From NCBI GenBank assembly GCA_002104905.1, contig MCFE01000010.1:186001-250000 (forward strand): DNA of 64,000 nt, given 5' to 3'. The translations under genes and the position numbers were made by a program. Source of the stretch: Basidiobolus meristosporus CBS 931.73 (Eukaryota > Fungi > Basidiobolomycota). Below the pieces are notes generated by a model, which worked only from the letters and a program-made list of their open reading frames with translations, was not told the origin of the DNA and did not search any database. Within the stretch, counting starts at the first letter, position 1. The number at the start of each line of letters is the position of its first letter. Of the stretch, positions 50,697 to 64,000 are shown piece by piece.

Positions 50697-53600
50697 TGAA
50701 GTAGATGGCTGAGGGGGAAGAATCGAACGTTGGTGGCGATCAAAAGGAATGGGCAAGTAGGCTCGTAATGGTGTACAGTCGTAGGGTGGAGACTGCTAGT
50801 GAAAATACAGAAGTGAGATCTCACCTGGGAAGATCGGTGACATTATATAAGCAGTGAGGAGGAAATTTTCTTCGAATCAGTCCTGGGTAAAGCCATTACC
50901 GAATATGGACGGACTATGATTTGGATTTGCTTGTCACTTCTGAGAAATTTTCTCATCAGCTTCAGGATTTTTCTGAGCAGATTCTCGAATGAACATGATC
51001 GGCCAATGATGAAATTGAGTGCCTTTTAGGAACAATCTGACATTGAAATGTGCTATCAGCGATCCGGTGGAATGAGGTGCAGCTTGTTTACAAGCGGGAG
51101 CATCTATTGGTCTAGCACATCGCCCGTCTATTGGGACCTGGCGAGCAGGCGAATAGCCGTTTATTACAGGCTATCCACCGGACACAACATGAGTATGGCT
51201 CTTGCATTATTACGGCCAGGGAATGCCCGAGTGATTGAGATAAGATGGCCTTGAATTGAAACATCGGATTCACCAGGATTTCCCAACGAGGCACCATAAC
51301 CTATATCGGCAATCCTGGTGGCTACTCCGTCCACTCTAGATCACTCGGATTGAGCCGAGCTAATTCATCAAGATTTCCTAGATTTATATGATCGAATATT
51401 GCTACAATTATGGAAATCACCAGCTATTGTGGACTTCGTTTTTCTCTCATCGACAAATAGGATCCGCCCTTGGCCGGGACTGTACTTGGAATGCCCCGCA
51501 GGTGGTGTAATCATTTTCCAAAAAAGAAGCACCATCCATTAAGCGTATATTGTATAGAATAAAGAATAATGAATTTAGAGCAGTTACCGAAATGGCGAAG
51601 ATGGATTGCTTTGTGAGAGGCGCCAGTGTCTACAAGGTTTGATCAGCATTGCTGACCGAACTAGTGTGATATCCATCGAATATCCTAGAGGTTGTATTGG
51701 CAACTGAAGATGCTCATCGTATATCAGCGTATTCCTATGTTTTCTCCCGAAAACGGGTTAGGGTGTAAGCGGCCCAAAGGGCATACGCTGCTGGTTGCAC
51801 CAATTTATGTACCCATTATTATATAGTTAATGACCATAAATATGTCTACGAACAATTAAAATATATGGCTTGCACTATTCAACGCGCCCTATCACAACCT
51901 TTAGGTAAATGGTGGTATCGCAAGGCATCCTTCAACCCAGCAGTTGTGTATCCTGTAGCGCTTGCAGTCATGTTACATCACGAAGTCCATACAAATACAT
52001 GGCGTATGTACCATTCTACAAACAGTGACATATTCATTTCTATTGATATATCGGCAATTTCGATTCGTAACATTATTCTGACAGCTACTCATTAATTCGT
52101 ATTGAGGAAACATTGACTCGTGCAGCAGATGGATGATCCAAAAAAATCTGCCTGCAGTCAGCTTGTTAGTATTGCCATTTCGACTTGCTAATTTCCATAT
52201 CAACCACAATCGAAATTGATATGCATTACGTAGATGCCAGTCAAATGAAATTTCCATCCTAGATAGTCCTTGATGACACGGGCTTTGGTAAGCGTTTTCT
52301 ATATTTCCTGCTCGCAGTTTATGCTTAATTCGTGATACACATGTGATAGAGTTAGGCCTGGTAATTATTGTAAGTACGCTCCCAAGCGCCAGTGGCTATT
52401 GTAGACATGCTGATCACTCGATGTAGCGCTTAAAACAACGGGTATATATTTCGGGTGGTAGCATCAACTTTAAAGTTCGCATGTCCTTCATTATAATTTA
52501 TGAGGCTAGCATGTATAATGCCCCTGTTGTAGAAAATGCGTTACGTGTTGTTTCAGAAACAGATAAAACCATCCAAACTAGAAAGTGCTAAAGATCAGTG
52601 GAATAAATTGTGCTTTGACGTACGAGTTTGTCATTGAAGATGGATGAATTTTCCCTTCGACAGAATTGTGTAAAATCCACTAGGTGGGTGTGTCATGGAG
52701 GATCAAAGTATAAAAACTTCTAGATTACCCTGAGAAGCCTCTAGCTAAAAATGTTCGAAAATACCGACAACAGCGATTCCCAATTCCCATTTGAATCTAA
52801 TGCAAATCTTTGTTGTACAAATAATCCTATGTAAAACTCATCATTTTTAGCGGCTTCTTCAGATTTCCAGAAACACCATAATAAAAACCAACGTACTTGT
52901 CCTCTACGAGGTTCTCGACTCATCGTTATATTAAGATGCTAGATTAACTCGAAATCTGATTGAGGATACGTATATATATACTACAAGCGAAGGGTTCAAT
53001 TCGGAGAGGGCACTTGTCGATGTTCCACATCGTTGGGGATGGCAGAATAGGATGCTTTACGGCTCTGCATCTCCATTAGGATTGGGTCTTCTCTAATTCA
53101 TGCTGGATTCATATGATCATGCATTTAGAAACTCTGGCCTCGTGAAGGAAAGACAGGGGTCCCAAAAAGTGCTGGGGCCAGGTAATGTTGGTAGCGCCAA
53201 TGCTTGCATCTAAGATGTAGCTTACTGATGGGGGTTGTGGGCAAGCCCAACACGAACAATCCGTAGAATTATGAAGCTCAGAAACTCGGAGCACGTACAA
53301 ATTAACTTGTGGCTATTTAGAAGACATTACTTTTACAGAGGTGCCATTGGATTTCAGTGAAGCAAATGTTGTCCCTCTGTGGTAATAATGGGGTAGGGCT
53401 AAGGGTTAAGCCCAATCTGACGATCTTAATTAGGAAGCAACCCTATTCCCAAAACATCCTGATTTAAGTATGGACAATAATGGCAGGTGCCAGGTTCTCC
53501 AATTTTAGATCGCCAACTATTGCCAATAATTATATATATCATGATCTCACGCTGGGTCAATACCTGAGAAATAAATCTGCCAGATCTGTTTATCAATTCT

Positions 53601-54437
53601 CCTGAATTGTGGAAATATTGAATAATAATTTTCCAAGCCGCCCAAAAACCCCTAAATTTCATACATCCTTCCATTTCCTTTCAAACTACCTGTAAATATC
53701 TATTATTAAATGGACTTTTTGTAGAATCTAATTAAACTGGGTTTATGTTTAAGTGGATACACCCGATTATCACTAAATCACATTCAAATCTCAATTCTAT
53801 TGGTTTCAACAAAAGTTGCCATCAAACATCGAGTTGGAGCTTAGAGGTTCCATTGCTGCGCAGGGTTTGATTCAGCGCGAAGATTGATCAATTTACTACC
53901 ACAGCAAAATGCAGCATTCAACTGACTCCCAAGGTATCGGATTCAGCCACAGCTGAATCATAATGGTTTTGGCAAAAAACGTTGCTATATAGGAAACCTC
54001 TGGTGAGTTCTTGCTTTTCATTCATGCCTTGAAGTACCAACCGAATCTTGAAATGCATGGTTGTCAATGGATGAAAAATTGAGGATTCGTAAAAGGAATA
54101 CTAGATGTGCTGGTTCAAGCGCCTTACCGCCAATAGTATGATAGGGGCTACGTGATAATCATCATCAAGTGCTCTCACATACGTCGCTATAATGGTTATG
54201 CCTTTTTACCCATCAATTCAAATTCTGAAGTGTGGGTATGTATCTCCAAAGTCCTGAATGCAAAATAATAAACTAGTATTCTATCAAGATTCTATGGCTG
54301 CTTCTGCTAGAGCACCATGACCCTATTGTAATATTTACTATTTCACATCGAATCCCCATGCTAGTCATTGTGTTAGGTTACACTAACCTTAAAAACAGTG
54401 CAGTTTATTGAGGCAAATGTTCGGTGTTTCTGTGGGC

Positions 54438-54719
54438 TTAGTCCCTACACTTGATGCTCTCGAATGCGTAGCCAGTTTGGTAGGAGCTTTTGATGTTTTC
54501 ATGGATGGTGCCGCCAAGGCAGTCAACTCTTCCGTAGATTGCGCAGCTTCCGGTGTGAACTTTAACGGAATATCTTGGAGTGACCTTAACACACCTCGCG
54601 GCTGTGATAGCTGCACTGTTTCCAGTGATATCAATGTTGTCATAAATGGTGGCGTAGGTCTTTGCATAGGCAGCTTGGGCAAGTACAAGGGCCGCAGTGA
54701 CGGCAAAAAAAAGCTTCAT
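54438..54719 (-). CDS. Small secreted protein, 93 aa, 4 Cys, possibly beta/gamma-crystallin-like
   Basis: Signal peptide MKLFFAVTAALVLAQAAYA; TATAAA ~60 bp upstream; repeated TIYDNIDITG / AIYGRVDCLG motif. Confidence 0.7.
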   Translation of the reverse strand: MKLFFAVTAALVLAQAAYAKTYATIYDNIDITGNSAAITAARCVKVTPRYSVKVHTGSCAIYGRVDCLGGTIHENIKSSYQTGYAFESIKCRD

Positions 54720-56131
54720 GGTTTCAAAGAGCTAAGGTGCTTTTCGTGAGTGATCAGATTGAATCAGAAGTCATTGTTATTTATACTGATGAAATCCTAT
54801 GGTGATGAGCAATATGAGATTTTGCCAATATAATGATTCTCATATCCTTCTGGTTAGACGGCAGCCTTTCAGTGGGGAACTTTAACATACCATTTTTGGA
54901 GGTTGGGCCAGCTCTGGATGCCTTAAGGAAAGGCATAAAGCCGCAAACGCGAATTGCAAGTATAATGCCTATAAGGTAGCGAATCAGGGAATTTGAAGTG
55001 TCATACCAATGTATTCAAAAGCGACCAGCCAGATGTGGTCCAGTGAGGTTATGTTCCAAACAAGCACTTAAATCCTGGGTGGTATTATGTCCAGTTGAAC
55101 TAAGCGTGGCGTATTCTTATCAATTGTTCCTGATGACACAAGAAATCTATAGGTGTACACGAATCCAAGGCCTATTATCAACATTATTGCCAACATTTAT
55201 AAGTATATGGAACCAACTTCCTCCAGACTCATTGCGCTTTCGGTAAAAGATCAATCTCGTAATTTAGCATGAATAAGCCACCCCAATGATGGTGTAACAT
55301 CTGGCATAAAAATCTCGCAATAACAAGATATCCTGTTACTCAGAGTCCAAAGTGAGTAAAATCTATAGGATAGGCACAATGCACTACATGACTGGTGCTA
55401 TAAACCGCTAGTCTTTAAATTCTGGTTGGCTAAATACCACCATATACTTGTATGTTGTCGATATTACTTGTATCGTATAACCAGGTAGTAGTCATGTAGA
55501 GTCATAACGGTGTTGCAGTCACTATTAAAAGAAACAGAAAATGGTGAAGCCGTGTGGCTGAGTAGCCCATAACCTTATATCAACACAGAGTAACACATGA
55601 CCCACCAATATTGTCTTCAATAGTAGACCAAGCACCATAATCTGGACGCTTGGGTGGGTGCCATCAATGTCACAATCCTAAAAACCGCTGGCTGATAATT
55701 ACCAAAAGCATTATGTAGAGTCTGAGCTAATGCCCATAGTTTGTCGAAAATCTGTATCCGAGCAAAATTTCAGGAAGTAGTGACGGGAGCTGCATGGGCC
55801 ACCCACTCAGTGATGTATTGAATGAATATGCTATTGGTAAAGTGATTAGCGGTTCCCGAATCAATCGACAGTATTTAATGTTGATGCGGCACATTTGAAC
55901 AATTTAACTCAGTTGATAATGCCAACAGGTAGATATGTACAAAAAAATGTAAAGTATCATTTTAAGAGTCTATTGTATGAGACTTTAATGAATAGTCGCA
56001 ATCCTTATCTGTATTCAAGTGCACTAAAATAAGTACATTGATGATCAACACTATTGTTACTTTGAACACCTGGCACAAACCCTTATTCAAGTCTCAATAT
56101 GTGTAGATCAATACTGCCAGATTAAACATAT

Positions 56132-56448
56132 CCCTATGAAAAATCTCAAACTTGAAATTCATCTGATTTTCAGCTGGTATTCTGCTGGTATTCTAATGGT
56201 ATTTTGCTGGTATTTAGCTGGCGATTTCCTTCAAATTTTCAGTTGCAATTTTTGGTGCAAGTAGTGTGCAGCTGATTACCAAATTTGGTATGAATGCTAG
56301 TTGGCCTAGTCTACTCCTGGAAAATATGTCTGCTTGTATGCCCAACAGCTAGTACCTGAGATATTGACAGTTGTTGGTTTTGAGAGACTTAGAATTCAGC
56401 TGATATTATAGTGGTATTCTGCTGGCCTTTTCTTATTTTTTTCTCAGT
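56132..56448 (+). mobile_element. MITE-like repeat family A, copy 3
   Basis: Colinear similarity to 6740-7058 along the full length. Confidence 0.7.
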
Positions 56449-56879
56449 AGTATTGATGCATAGCTTAAAAATCAACTCATGATAATATGATGCTTTTCAA
56501 AAATTTCAACTGGTGGCAAATGTGGCAATATAAAAATAACTACTTGCTGGTACTGTAGCTGACATTTTAAATCTTATTGAATTAGCGAATTTGGGCTATT
56601 ACATATCTTAATTGAATGGATGTAGTTGTATTAAACGTCTATATTAATACCATGGAGCAACAAATGCCCTACTCAGTATTTCAGACTCGCTTTTTTGCTA
56701 GTATTCTTACCATTTCACTACAGGCTCATAATGGTGTTCTGCAGCCCCTATAACAAAGAAGTTTGTACTGTTCATAGCTTGCGAGTAAGCCAGCGACTTT
56801 GCTTCACATATAGTACATGTATATGATATTTAATATTGCATGTAGCATATGTAGTAAGTTGACTTGCGGATATGGTTTC

Positions 56880-57218
56880 AAGGTTCTAGGGAGTACTGAA
56901 AGTGATCTAGAGAACTAGAAGAACTGCATGGTATTCACTTGTTTTATGGGGCACAAGTAAAGCGTTTATATTACCAAGGAGAACTTTGCAAAGCCATTGT
57001 TAATAATACTTAAAGAAGGCCCAGGTAGTGGTGAGCAAAGTTTGGGGGCTTTTGAACGAATTTGAAAATCTTGGTAACTTCCAGGCCTTTGCTAATTTCT
57101 AGGACTAGCTAACATCTTACGAACTAACGCCTTAGTAAATAACATATAGTTTAGCAATAAGCTAATTAAAATATTAAGGTATATGAGTGGTTTACGTGTG
57201 ATCGAAATATTTACAACA
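56880..57218 (-). repeat. Solo LTR, family C (related to B)
   Basis: Begins TGTTGTAAATATTTCG on the minus strand at 57218; similar to 57282-57738. Confidence 0.65.
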
Positions 57219-57281
57219 AATAGAGTGTCTCAGCTAATGGAAATACTTAGGTGATAACACAACTATTCTCACTGGTTGGAT

Positions 57282-57738
57282 TGTTCAACACATGCATGTT
57301 CTTTTCTGTACAAAGCTTTACAAACTGTGCATGTGCCTTTTTTTGTGCTCAAGAAGGACCCACAAGGCTATAAACCATATGGACACGTTTTTATGCAAGA
57401 CTCTAGGAAGTATTGGAAGTAATTTGGAGCACTCGAAAAATTGCATCATACCCACATGTTGGTTTATTGAGTTCAAATAAAGTGTTTGTACTTTTAGGAG
57501 ATCTCCGTAAAGCTGGGGATACTGATATTTCAAGGTATTTTATAAGAAGCTGTGTACAGAGTTTGGGGTCTTTTGGGCCAGTTTGCAAATATTGATAACT
57601 TCCAGGCCTTCACCTATTCTTAGAATTAGCTGATAGCTGACAAACTAAATCTCAGGTAAATAATTCATAACTTCGCAATAAGCCAATTAAATTTTACGCT
57701 ATATTAATGGTTTAGGCGTAAGCTAAATATCTACAACA
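57282..57738 (-). repeat. Solo LTR, family C
   Basis: TG...CA termini (TGTTGTAG at 57738, ...TGTTGAACA at 57282 on the minus strand); tandem with and similar to 56880-57218. Confidence 0.65.
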
Positions 57739-59495
57739 CGCTTTAATAACTTTGAGAACTTCCTGAGCATCACCAACTCTTAGAATTAGTCAACATCCTT
57801 TAGACATACCTCAAAAATCTATAGTTTTAACCGTTCTCTATGTAGGTACTTGATTCTCATCCAAATTGAATCACTGCTGATTTTTGTAGGGCAGTCTCAT
57901 GGTGCACATCAGGAATCTAAACATGGGAAATACAAGGTAAAGGTCACCTTATCCGCTGAGAACAGTAACGCACGTTGGAAGTTGAGCTGCTGTAAGAATG
58001 AGCATAACATTAGCCTCTCAAAAGTTCTATAAATAGTCACACCATATGTATTTATATAGTGTAGAGTTTTTAATCTGCATATTACCATTAATGACCAAAT
58101 CAATTTACTTCGAGCACTTGGTTCAGCCAATTCAGATTATGAAAAAATCACTTTCCAAGCTATTCCTAATAAAATCTACACATTGCTTAACTTTCGTGAA
58201 GCAAGAATCTAGTTCCATAATTTGCAGACATTTACCAGCTTCGTGTGTAATGAGCCCATGACAGTAATGGCACCAGATTTAAGTATGTTTATGCAACGTT
58301 TGGGATTGATACAGGGGGAACTTTTTAACCATTCAATGTAATCCATATCGAAGTCATAAATTGTACAACCCCAAAGCAGCAATGCCCAAAGAATTCAGTG
58401 ACTGCAGCATAATGATCAATGCTGTAGTCACCACAGCCATTGAAGAATGTTGTCTGAGCTATGCCGATGTTATATTGGCTACTAAATGGGCTTGGTCATA
58501 TATCCGTTTATGTAAATATGTTTACAGAAACTCCGGCAACGGACCTCGTTTTTCTTTGTGATTGCCACAGAAAAATACAGTTTGAAATGTTAACCTTGTC
58601 GGGCAGTTATTGAGTCAACCGGGTGTACAACGCCAAATATATATATGGTACGATTCTTTTCCTTCAATGTTCACGTACTTTATTCGTTCCATTGAAGAGT
58701 ACCACAATTGGAGAGTTCTGAATCCGTTGAATTCGGATTTCTTTTAATTGTGCCCCTTTAGAAGTGGCGATTTTCTGTTCACAAAATAGGTATTGTTATA
58801 GAAGATTCCATGCTATCTAATCGGTCATTTCGATTTGAGTAGATCATCCTCCCCAGGCTTTGGAAAAATCAACCAACGTTTCCTGGAAATGCTGTGGACG
58901 CTATTAATACTTCCCTTTACAGCGCGCGATATCTCATGAAATAGATCGGTAGTTGCGCCTCCGTTGAGATACAAAAACTAGGAATATGCTAGTGAAGCAC
59001 AGCTACCATTAATGTAGAAGTGTTTCAATTTTAGTGGAAAAAACGAGAAGCATAGCTTTGTGCACTATAGGTGATGCTCAATGAAGGGTGGCCAGTATCT
59101 ACATCATTACTCAATACCCATATGGAGTCCACACTGGATACGCAGCGTACCAGTGTTATCAACAGCCTGGAGGGATGCTGGTTACAGTGCTTACGAAAAA
59201 TGTATCACACTTTTGGTTTAGTAAACCGTTTTATTGGCTATTTCAATACCTCGTCAATAATAGCAATATGGTAATACATTTGAATGGCTAGTAATGGGGC
59301 TGCATCGCTTACTTGGGTGTACGTTGACAAAACGCTTGCTAGCTGCTTACAACACAGTAATCAAACACCTGTACTTTTATGATACCGAATTTCTGTGCAC
59401 ATATACGGAGACGATAATTTGATTCAGGTGTCAAGTTTGAAGGTTGGTTCAAAAGGAAATGCCACCCGCACTCATCAGTTGGTAGAAACTTCAGC

Positions 59496-62400
59496 CTAAC
59501 CCCATACATCTTCATTATATTTTCCATCATGTTGTAGTTGCTGGAAGTATTTGTCGGCCTCTTCTCTCCCGAGTCCTCCGACTTGCTCGAAGATGGAAAC
59601 CATTGTGGCAGCTACATCCTTCGCCATACCAGAGGCCGAACCACATACGTAGATGGCTCCTTGCTTGTTGTGAACCACATCCCATACTAAGACGGAATGA
59701 GCTAGCAATTGATGCTGAACATATTTTTTGGCCTGACCAGTACGCGAGAATGCAACCACCAGCTTGTCAAGAGTCCCGTCGTTGACAAACTCCTCTAGCT
59801 CTTCCCGATAAATGAAATCCTGCTCTGGCGAGCGGCAACCAAAAAACATGTGTGTTTCGGAGATGCCTCCTTTGCCAACCGATTTGCAGCCGTACAGTTG
59901 ACGCTCCTGTAGAAAACCTCGGAAGGGCGAAACTCCTGTGCCAGCACAAACCATGATCACCGGAACCTTTGGATCTTTGGGGAGATGGAAGATTTCCTTC
60001 ACACCACGGACATTTGCTCGAACCTGCCTTCCTGTCATACACCTGGACAAAAAGCCAGAACAAAGCCCAATATACTTTCTGCCTTCGAACCCGATGTCTT
60101 CAGTTACTCCAACACATATGTGAGCGACATTCTTGTGGATCTGTGGACAACTTGCAATGGAGTATCTACGTTTAGTCATGGCTGGCATACCACACAAGAA
60201 ACTCCGGAAATCGAGTTTCTTGATCATTGGGAAGTTTCGAATCAGGTCCATCAAGCAACGGTTCTTCTTGATGAATTGTAAATAGGCTTCGTTACCCTTG
60301 TCACCCGATTGGCACATATTTTCAAAGTACTTCTTCTCTAATTCCGGATGAGTGTCAGCTATGGCGGATACACATATACCAATGAATTGACGAGAAGGAG
60401 CTGCCTGAAGATCAGCGTAGTACGTCAACGCGTCGCGAATAGTACACGGTCCCTTTATACTTGCGGCTAATGAACGTGAGCTGAGACTGGTGCTGGATGT
60501 AGAATCGATGATCACCTCGAACACCGCATCTAAAGCATACCCGAAAGTGGCTGCCACTGTTTCCACCACCTCTGAATCATTCTCCGGCATGATTTCTAGA
60601 TGATCTCCGGTGTTGTAGGTTTGCTTTTCTGGCAGTTCGATCTCTAAATGACGCGTACTACGCTCACTCTTGACTGACTGGAGTTCAAGATTCTTGCACA
60701 CAATTGATGGCTGTTCCAGACCTTGTTGGAGGGGGATGTCTGTCAGAGGTAAGTACTTGAGTGATACTCCTTCTGTCGGGTTAGATGCGGCCGTGTTTGC
60801 AATGGAGCTTAGATTGGCCCCATTCAACCCAAAGTCAGATAATATAGAAGCATAAAATCTAGCCAGCCACTCGGTGAAGTCAGCATCAATATCAGCATCT
60901 GCGTTACCAGCCCCTGCAGGGAATAGTTGCTCAGCCCCCAGATACTCGAATCTGTCATTCACCTTTTTGGGGAAAGCCTGGTATGTTCTCCATTGCACGT
61001 TGCCGCAGCCAAATACCGCATAACGTAGGCCTTTGAGTGGTGTCTCGTTGACGTTGGTAGGAGCACTGATAAATTTGTCGAAATGAACTGCGTTGTCTGG
61101 AGGCAGGCCGTTATAAGTACTAGTAATAACTAATACAATTGGCTTACTCTGGGAGTCCTCCTCTGCACCTCCTGTATACTTCCCACTGATCAGCAACTCC
61201 CAATCATCCAGTGGAGTCACTTCAACTTCTTTAAACCCAAGGTTTCTTGCGTTGCTGGCCACCTTATTGGCGTATTCCTCAGACATCCCCATGTTGGATC
61301 CAAAAAGAACTGTGAACTTTGGCAGTTTCACATCACTCGGAAGGCTAGGCAAGGTCAACGCGCTAGTAAGTTCTGTAAATGGGGTGGTAGACTCGGATTG
61401 AATCTGGGTAGTGGCTTTGGGGAAGGAGGCGCGGGGTTGAATTCTGAAATAAAGATCTTTCGGCTTGATTATGTTGCCAGAGCTAATGTCATAGTGTATA
61501 GGGCGGTCATCTGGAAGAATGAACTCGAACTTTTTCAACAGCATAGCCTATGATATCAGGGTTAGTTTGGGCGCCAGTATTATGAATTACTTTCGCTCAA
61601 ACTTCACTCACCAGAATAATCTTTGCTTCCTGAAGCGCAAATTGCATTCCAATGCATGCCCGGGGACCGGTAGAGAATGGTAACCAAGAATACCGGGATC
61701 GCTTTGATTCCTCAACCGAAGTGAAGCGGTCAGGGTTGAAAACCTCTGGATCTTTCCTAGTAGATATGAGAAGGAAGAGGTTATTGAAAATGCTATATAT
61801 TCATCCATGGGCAGATACACCTACCAGATATTTGGGTTATGATGCAAGGAATATATGTTGATTTGTGCGACTGTTCCCTTCTCGATGGCGTATCCGAATG
61901 GAAGTTTACAATCTTTGATGCAGAACTTCTGCAAACTAGCCAAGGGTGGGTACATTCTTAGGGTCTCTTTCAAGACCTGGGGGACATGTTACTGACATAT
62001 ATGCAAGAAATGGCTTATGATTTGAGCAAATACCTGAGATAGGTACTTCATGCCGGATACTTGTGCAATGGTGGGTAGTTCGTCATCCGCGATCCCAATA
62101 TTGGCAAGCTCTTGCAAGACCTTTTTTAGGGCAGCTGGATGTCTGGCCAAATTATACAAACACCAAGCGAGCGTATTCGACGTGGTTTCATGGCCAGCAA
62201 TCAAGAAAGTGACTACTTGATCTCGAATCACTTCATCAGGCAGCTTCTGCCCGGTAGCTTTATCTCGAGCATTCAACATAAATCCAAGAAGATCCTTCGA
62301 ACTGTTTTGTGCATCAGGGGAGTTCTTCCTTTGGATAATCACCTATTCTCGAGGGTGAGTGATTGAGGCTTAAGGCTGAAATACTTGAACTTACATCATC

Positions 62401-63647
62401 CACGGTATCCTTCATCAGCTGCATCATGCGATCAAACTGGTAGTTGGACCAAATCGGTAGCTTCTTCCAGTATTGCGATCTGGTTGCCCGCGTTCTAACC
62501 TCCCTGAAGTATGTCAATACATTAGATTGGTGATACAGACAAAATGGCCACGGTTAATAACCTTAAGCAGAAGGACATGGCATCAATCTAAAAGAAATCA
62601 ATTTCGAGTTAGCATAGAGGAATCTATTGGTACTGTGCAGAAATGGCCTTACGAATGGATGGATTGGTGCATCCTTGGACTCCAGAAGGCCGAAATCAAA
62701 CCCGAAGCCAACCTTACCGATGGTTTCGAATGCTAGTACCAATCGCGTTAATCGTAGTTCATTTGGTGCAAATCTTATGGTCACCTACTAATTTTGGTCA
62801 TCCACGGAGCGATTAGAACCGGCTCTGGCTCGGTACTTATCTCACTAACAACATTCACCAGTTTTTTGGCAAGCAAGGCCATCTCGTGAGCGTAGGCCTG
62901 GAACAACGATGATTATTATGATGGCCCAGATTTTTGTTGTGAATACCCAAGTACCTTCATGGCAGCTGCCGAAAAGGCCGGCATCAGTAGCTTGTGGGCC
63001 AGCTTCCAAATCTCCTCATCGGAGCTTGTTGTGAATAGGCCATCCCCTCCAATTGCTTTAACCTCCGCAAAAGGTAACGTGATCCGCTTGGTAAAGTATT
63101 CAGTTTCCTGGGCGAAAAGCTCGGCTATATCTGGATGATTGGTTGTCAAAGTCCTTGTTTGGAAATTGAAGGTCTGAAGTAGCGGGGTGTCGTATTCTTG
63201 AAAGAATTTAAACAGTGATCCAACAATATCCGGGAGTAGGTGAGGGATAGTGCCAAATAAGGGAACTGTAGGAGGGGTAGGAATCTCCCGACTCGAAGCA
63301 CCACCGATAGTCAGGTAGACAACATCCATGCTTGCAAGCTGCTTGTAAGAGCTGAGCTCCCGCCCATATTTGTCCCGAAATTCGATATCCTGGTGTCTGG
63401 GAACACTCATCCGCTCCCCACACTCTTTTCTCACATCTTCAAGGCTCCCATCTGACTGGATCTTCACAATGATTCCATTCGAGGCCTCATCCTCACCGGC
63501 AAACGCAATGACAAGAATCTTGGGGTCTATACCTGGACTGGTATCTTGTTCTGTGTTGGGGAGATTAACCTGAAAGGCTTCCTTTGAATAAAGCTCAGTC
63601 ATGAGTAAGCGTAGTAGATGATATTTAATGCTTTCACTGACATTCAT
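59496..63647 (-). CDS. Self-sufficient cytochrome P450-NADPH reductase fusion (CYP505/CYP102 BM3 type) with ~120-aa N-terminal extension; 9 predicted exons
   Basis: [32 protein letters not shown], heme motif [13 protein letters not shown]; FMN domain LFGSNMG/TSTYNG/FGCGN; FAD/NADPH domain [18 protein letters not shown]; C-terminal DVWG. Confidence 0.93.
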
Positions 63648-64000
63648 GACATTGCTTAAATATGTTTACAGCCTACACTATAATGAACAGATATTAGAAA
63701 CACCACATCAGTATCCTATCAGCAATTTTAGTAAATACGAATGCACACGCGACATGATAGTCCAAATGGGCTAATCACAGTCCACTCCCACCTATAATTA
63801 TTACCCCGGGAACTCCGGTGTGATTAGCTCTGTGCAGGAAAGCCATCAGCAACATCAGTTTTGCCAAATAGGTGGAATACGGCCGGAATGTCTGCCGTAG
63901 ATACCGACGAGCTTTGGCCCCTAACCAGCTGAATGCCTAATTAAGTAACAAACGACGTCATAGCTGAGTGATGTATTAGACGAGTTAGATGAATTGAATG

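Noticed and set aside
52985-53010. GGTTCAATTC as a tRNA T-loop
   Set aside because: Flanking bases do not form a T-stem, and no acceptor or anticodon arms can be folded.

Overview
Eukaryotic, intron-rich fungal DNA with short (mostly 50-120 nt) introns. The gene set, an ETR1-type ethylene-binding protein and a minor-spliceosome intron suggest an early-diverging fungus (Zoopagomycota/Mucoromycota-like; this is inference). Supported genes, in order: intronless assimilatory nitrate reductase, RPS23, a forkhead TF, a START-domain protein, an RFX TF, exosome MTR3, NMD3, complex I PSST (NDUFS7), CYP51, an unknown Cys-rich/beta-grasp protein, Mph1/FANCM helicase, a kinase-less ETR1-like sensor, Obg/MTG2 GTPase, a GSKIP-like protein, a small secreted protein, and a self-sufficient P450-reductase fusion (CYP505/BM3 type). 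Three repeat islands (~6.7-13 kb, ~18-20.7 kb, ~56-57.7 kb) hold a degenerate Ty1/copia element, related solo LTRs and a ~320-bp MITE-like family. Most notable observations: (1) an AT-AC U12-type intron inside the RFX DNA-binding domain; (2) an ethylene-binding-domain+GAF protein with no histidine kinase; (3) a P450-BM3-like fusion with an extra N-terminal beta-grasp-like domain; (4) more than 10-fold CpG depletion in the retroelement; (5) a dense forkhead-site cluster downstream of the forkhead gene; (6) a Tbf1/Cbf1-like ribosomal-protein promoter; (7) a 1-nt frameshift hiding the GSK3-binding helix of the GSKIP-like gene. All identifications come from manual motif recognition; no database searches were run.
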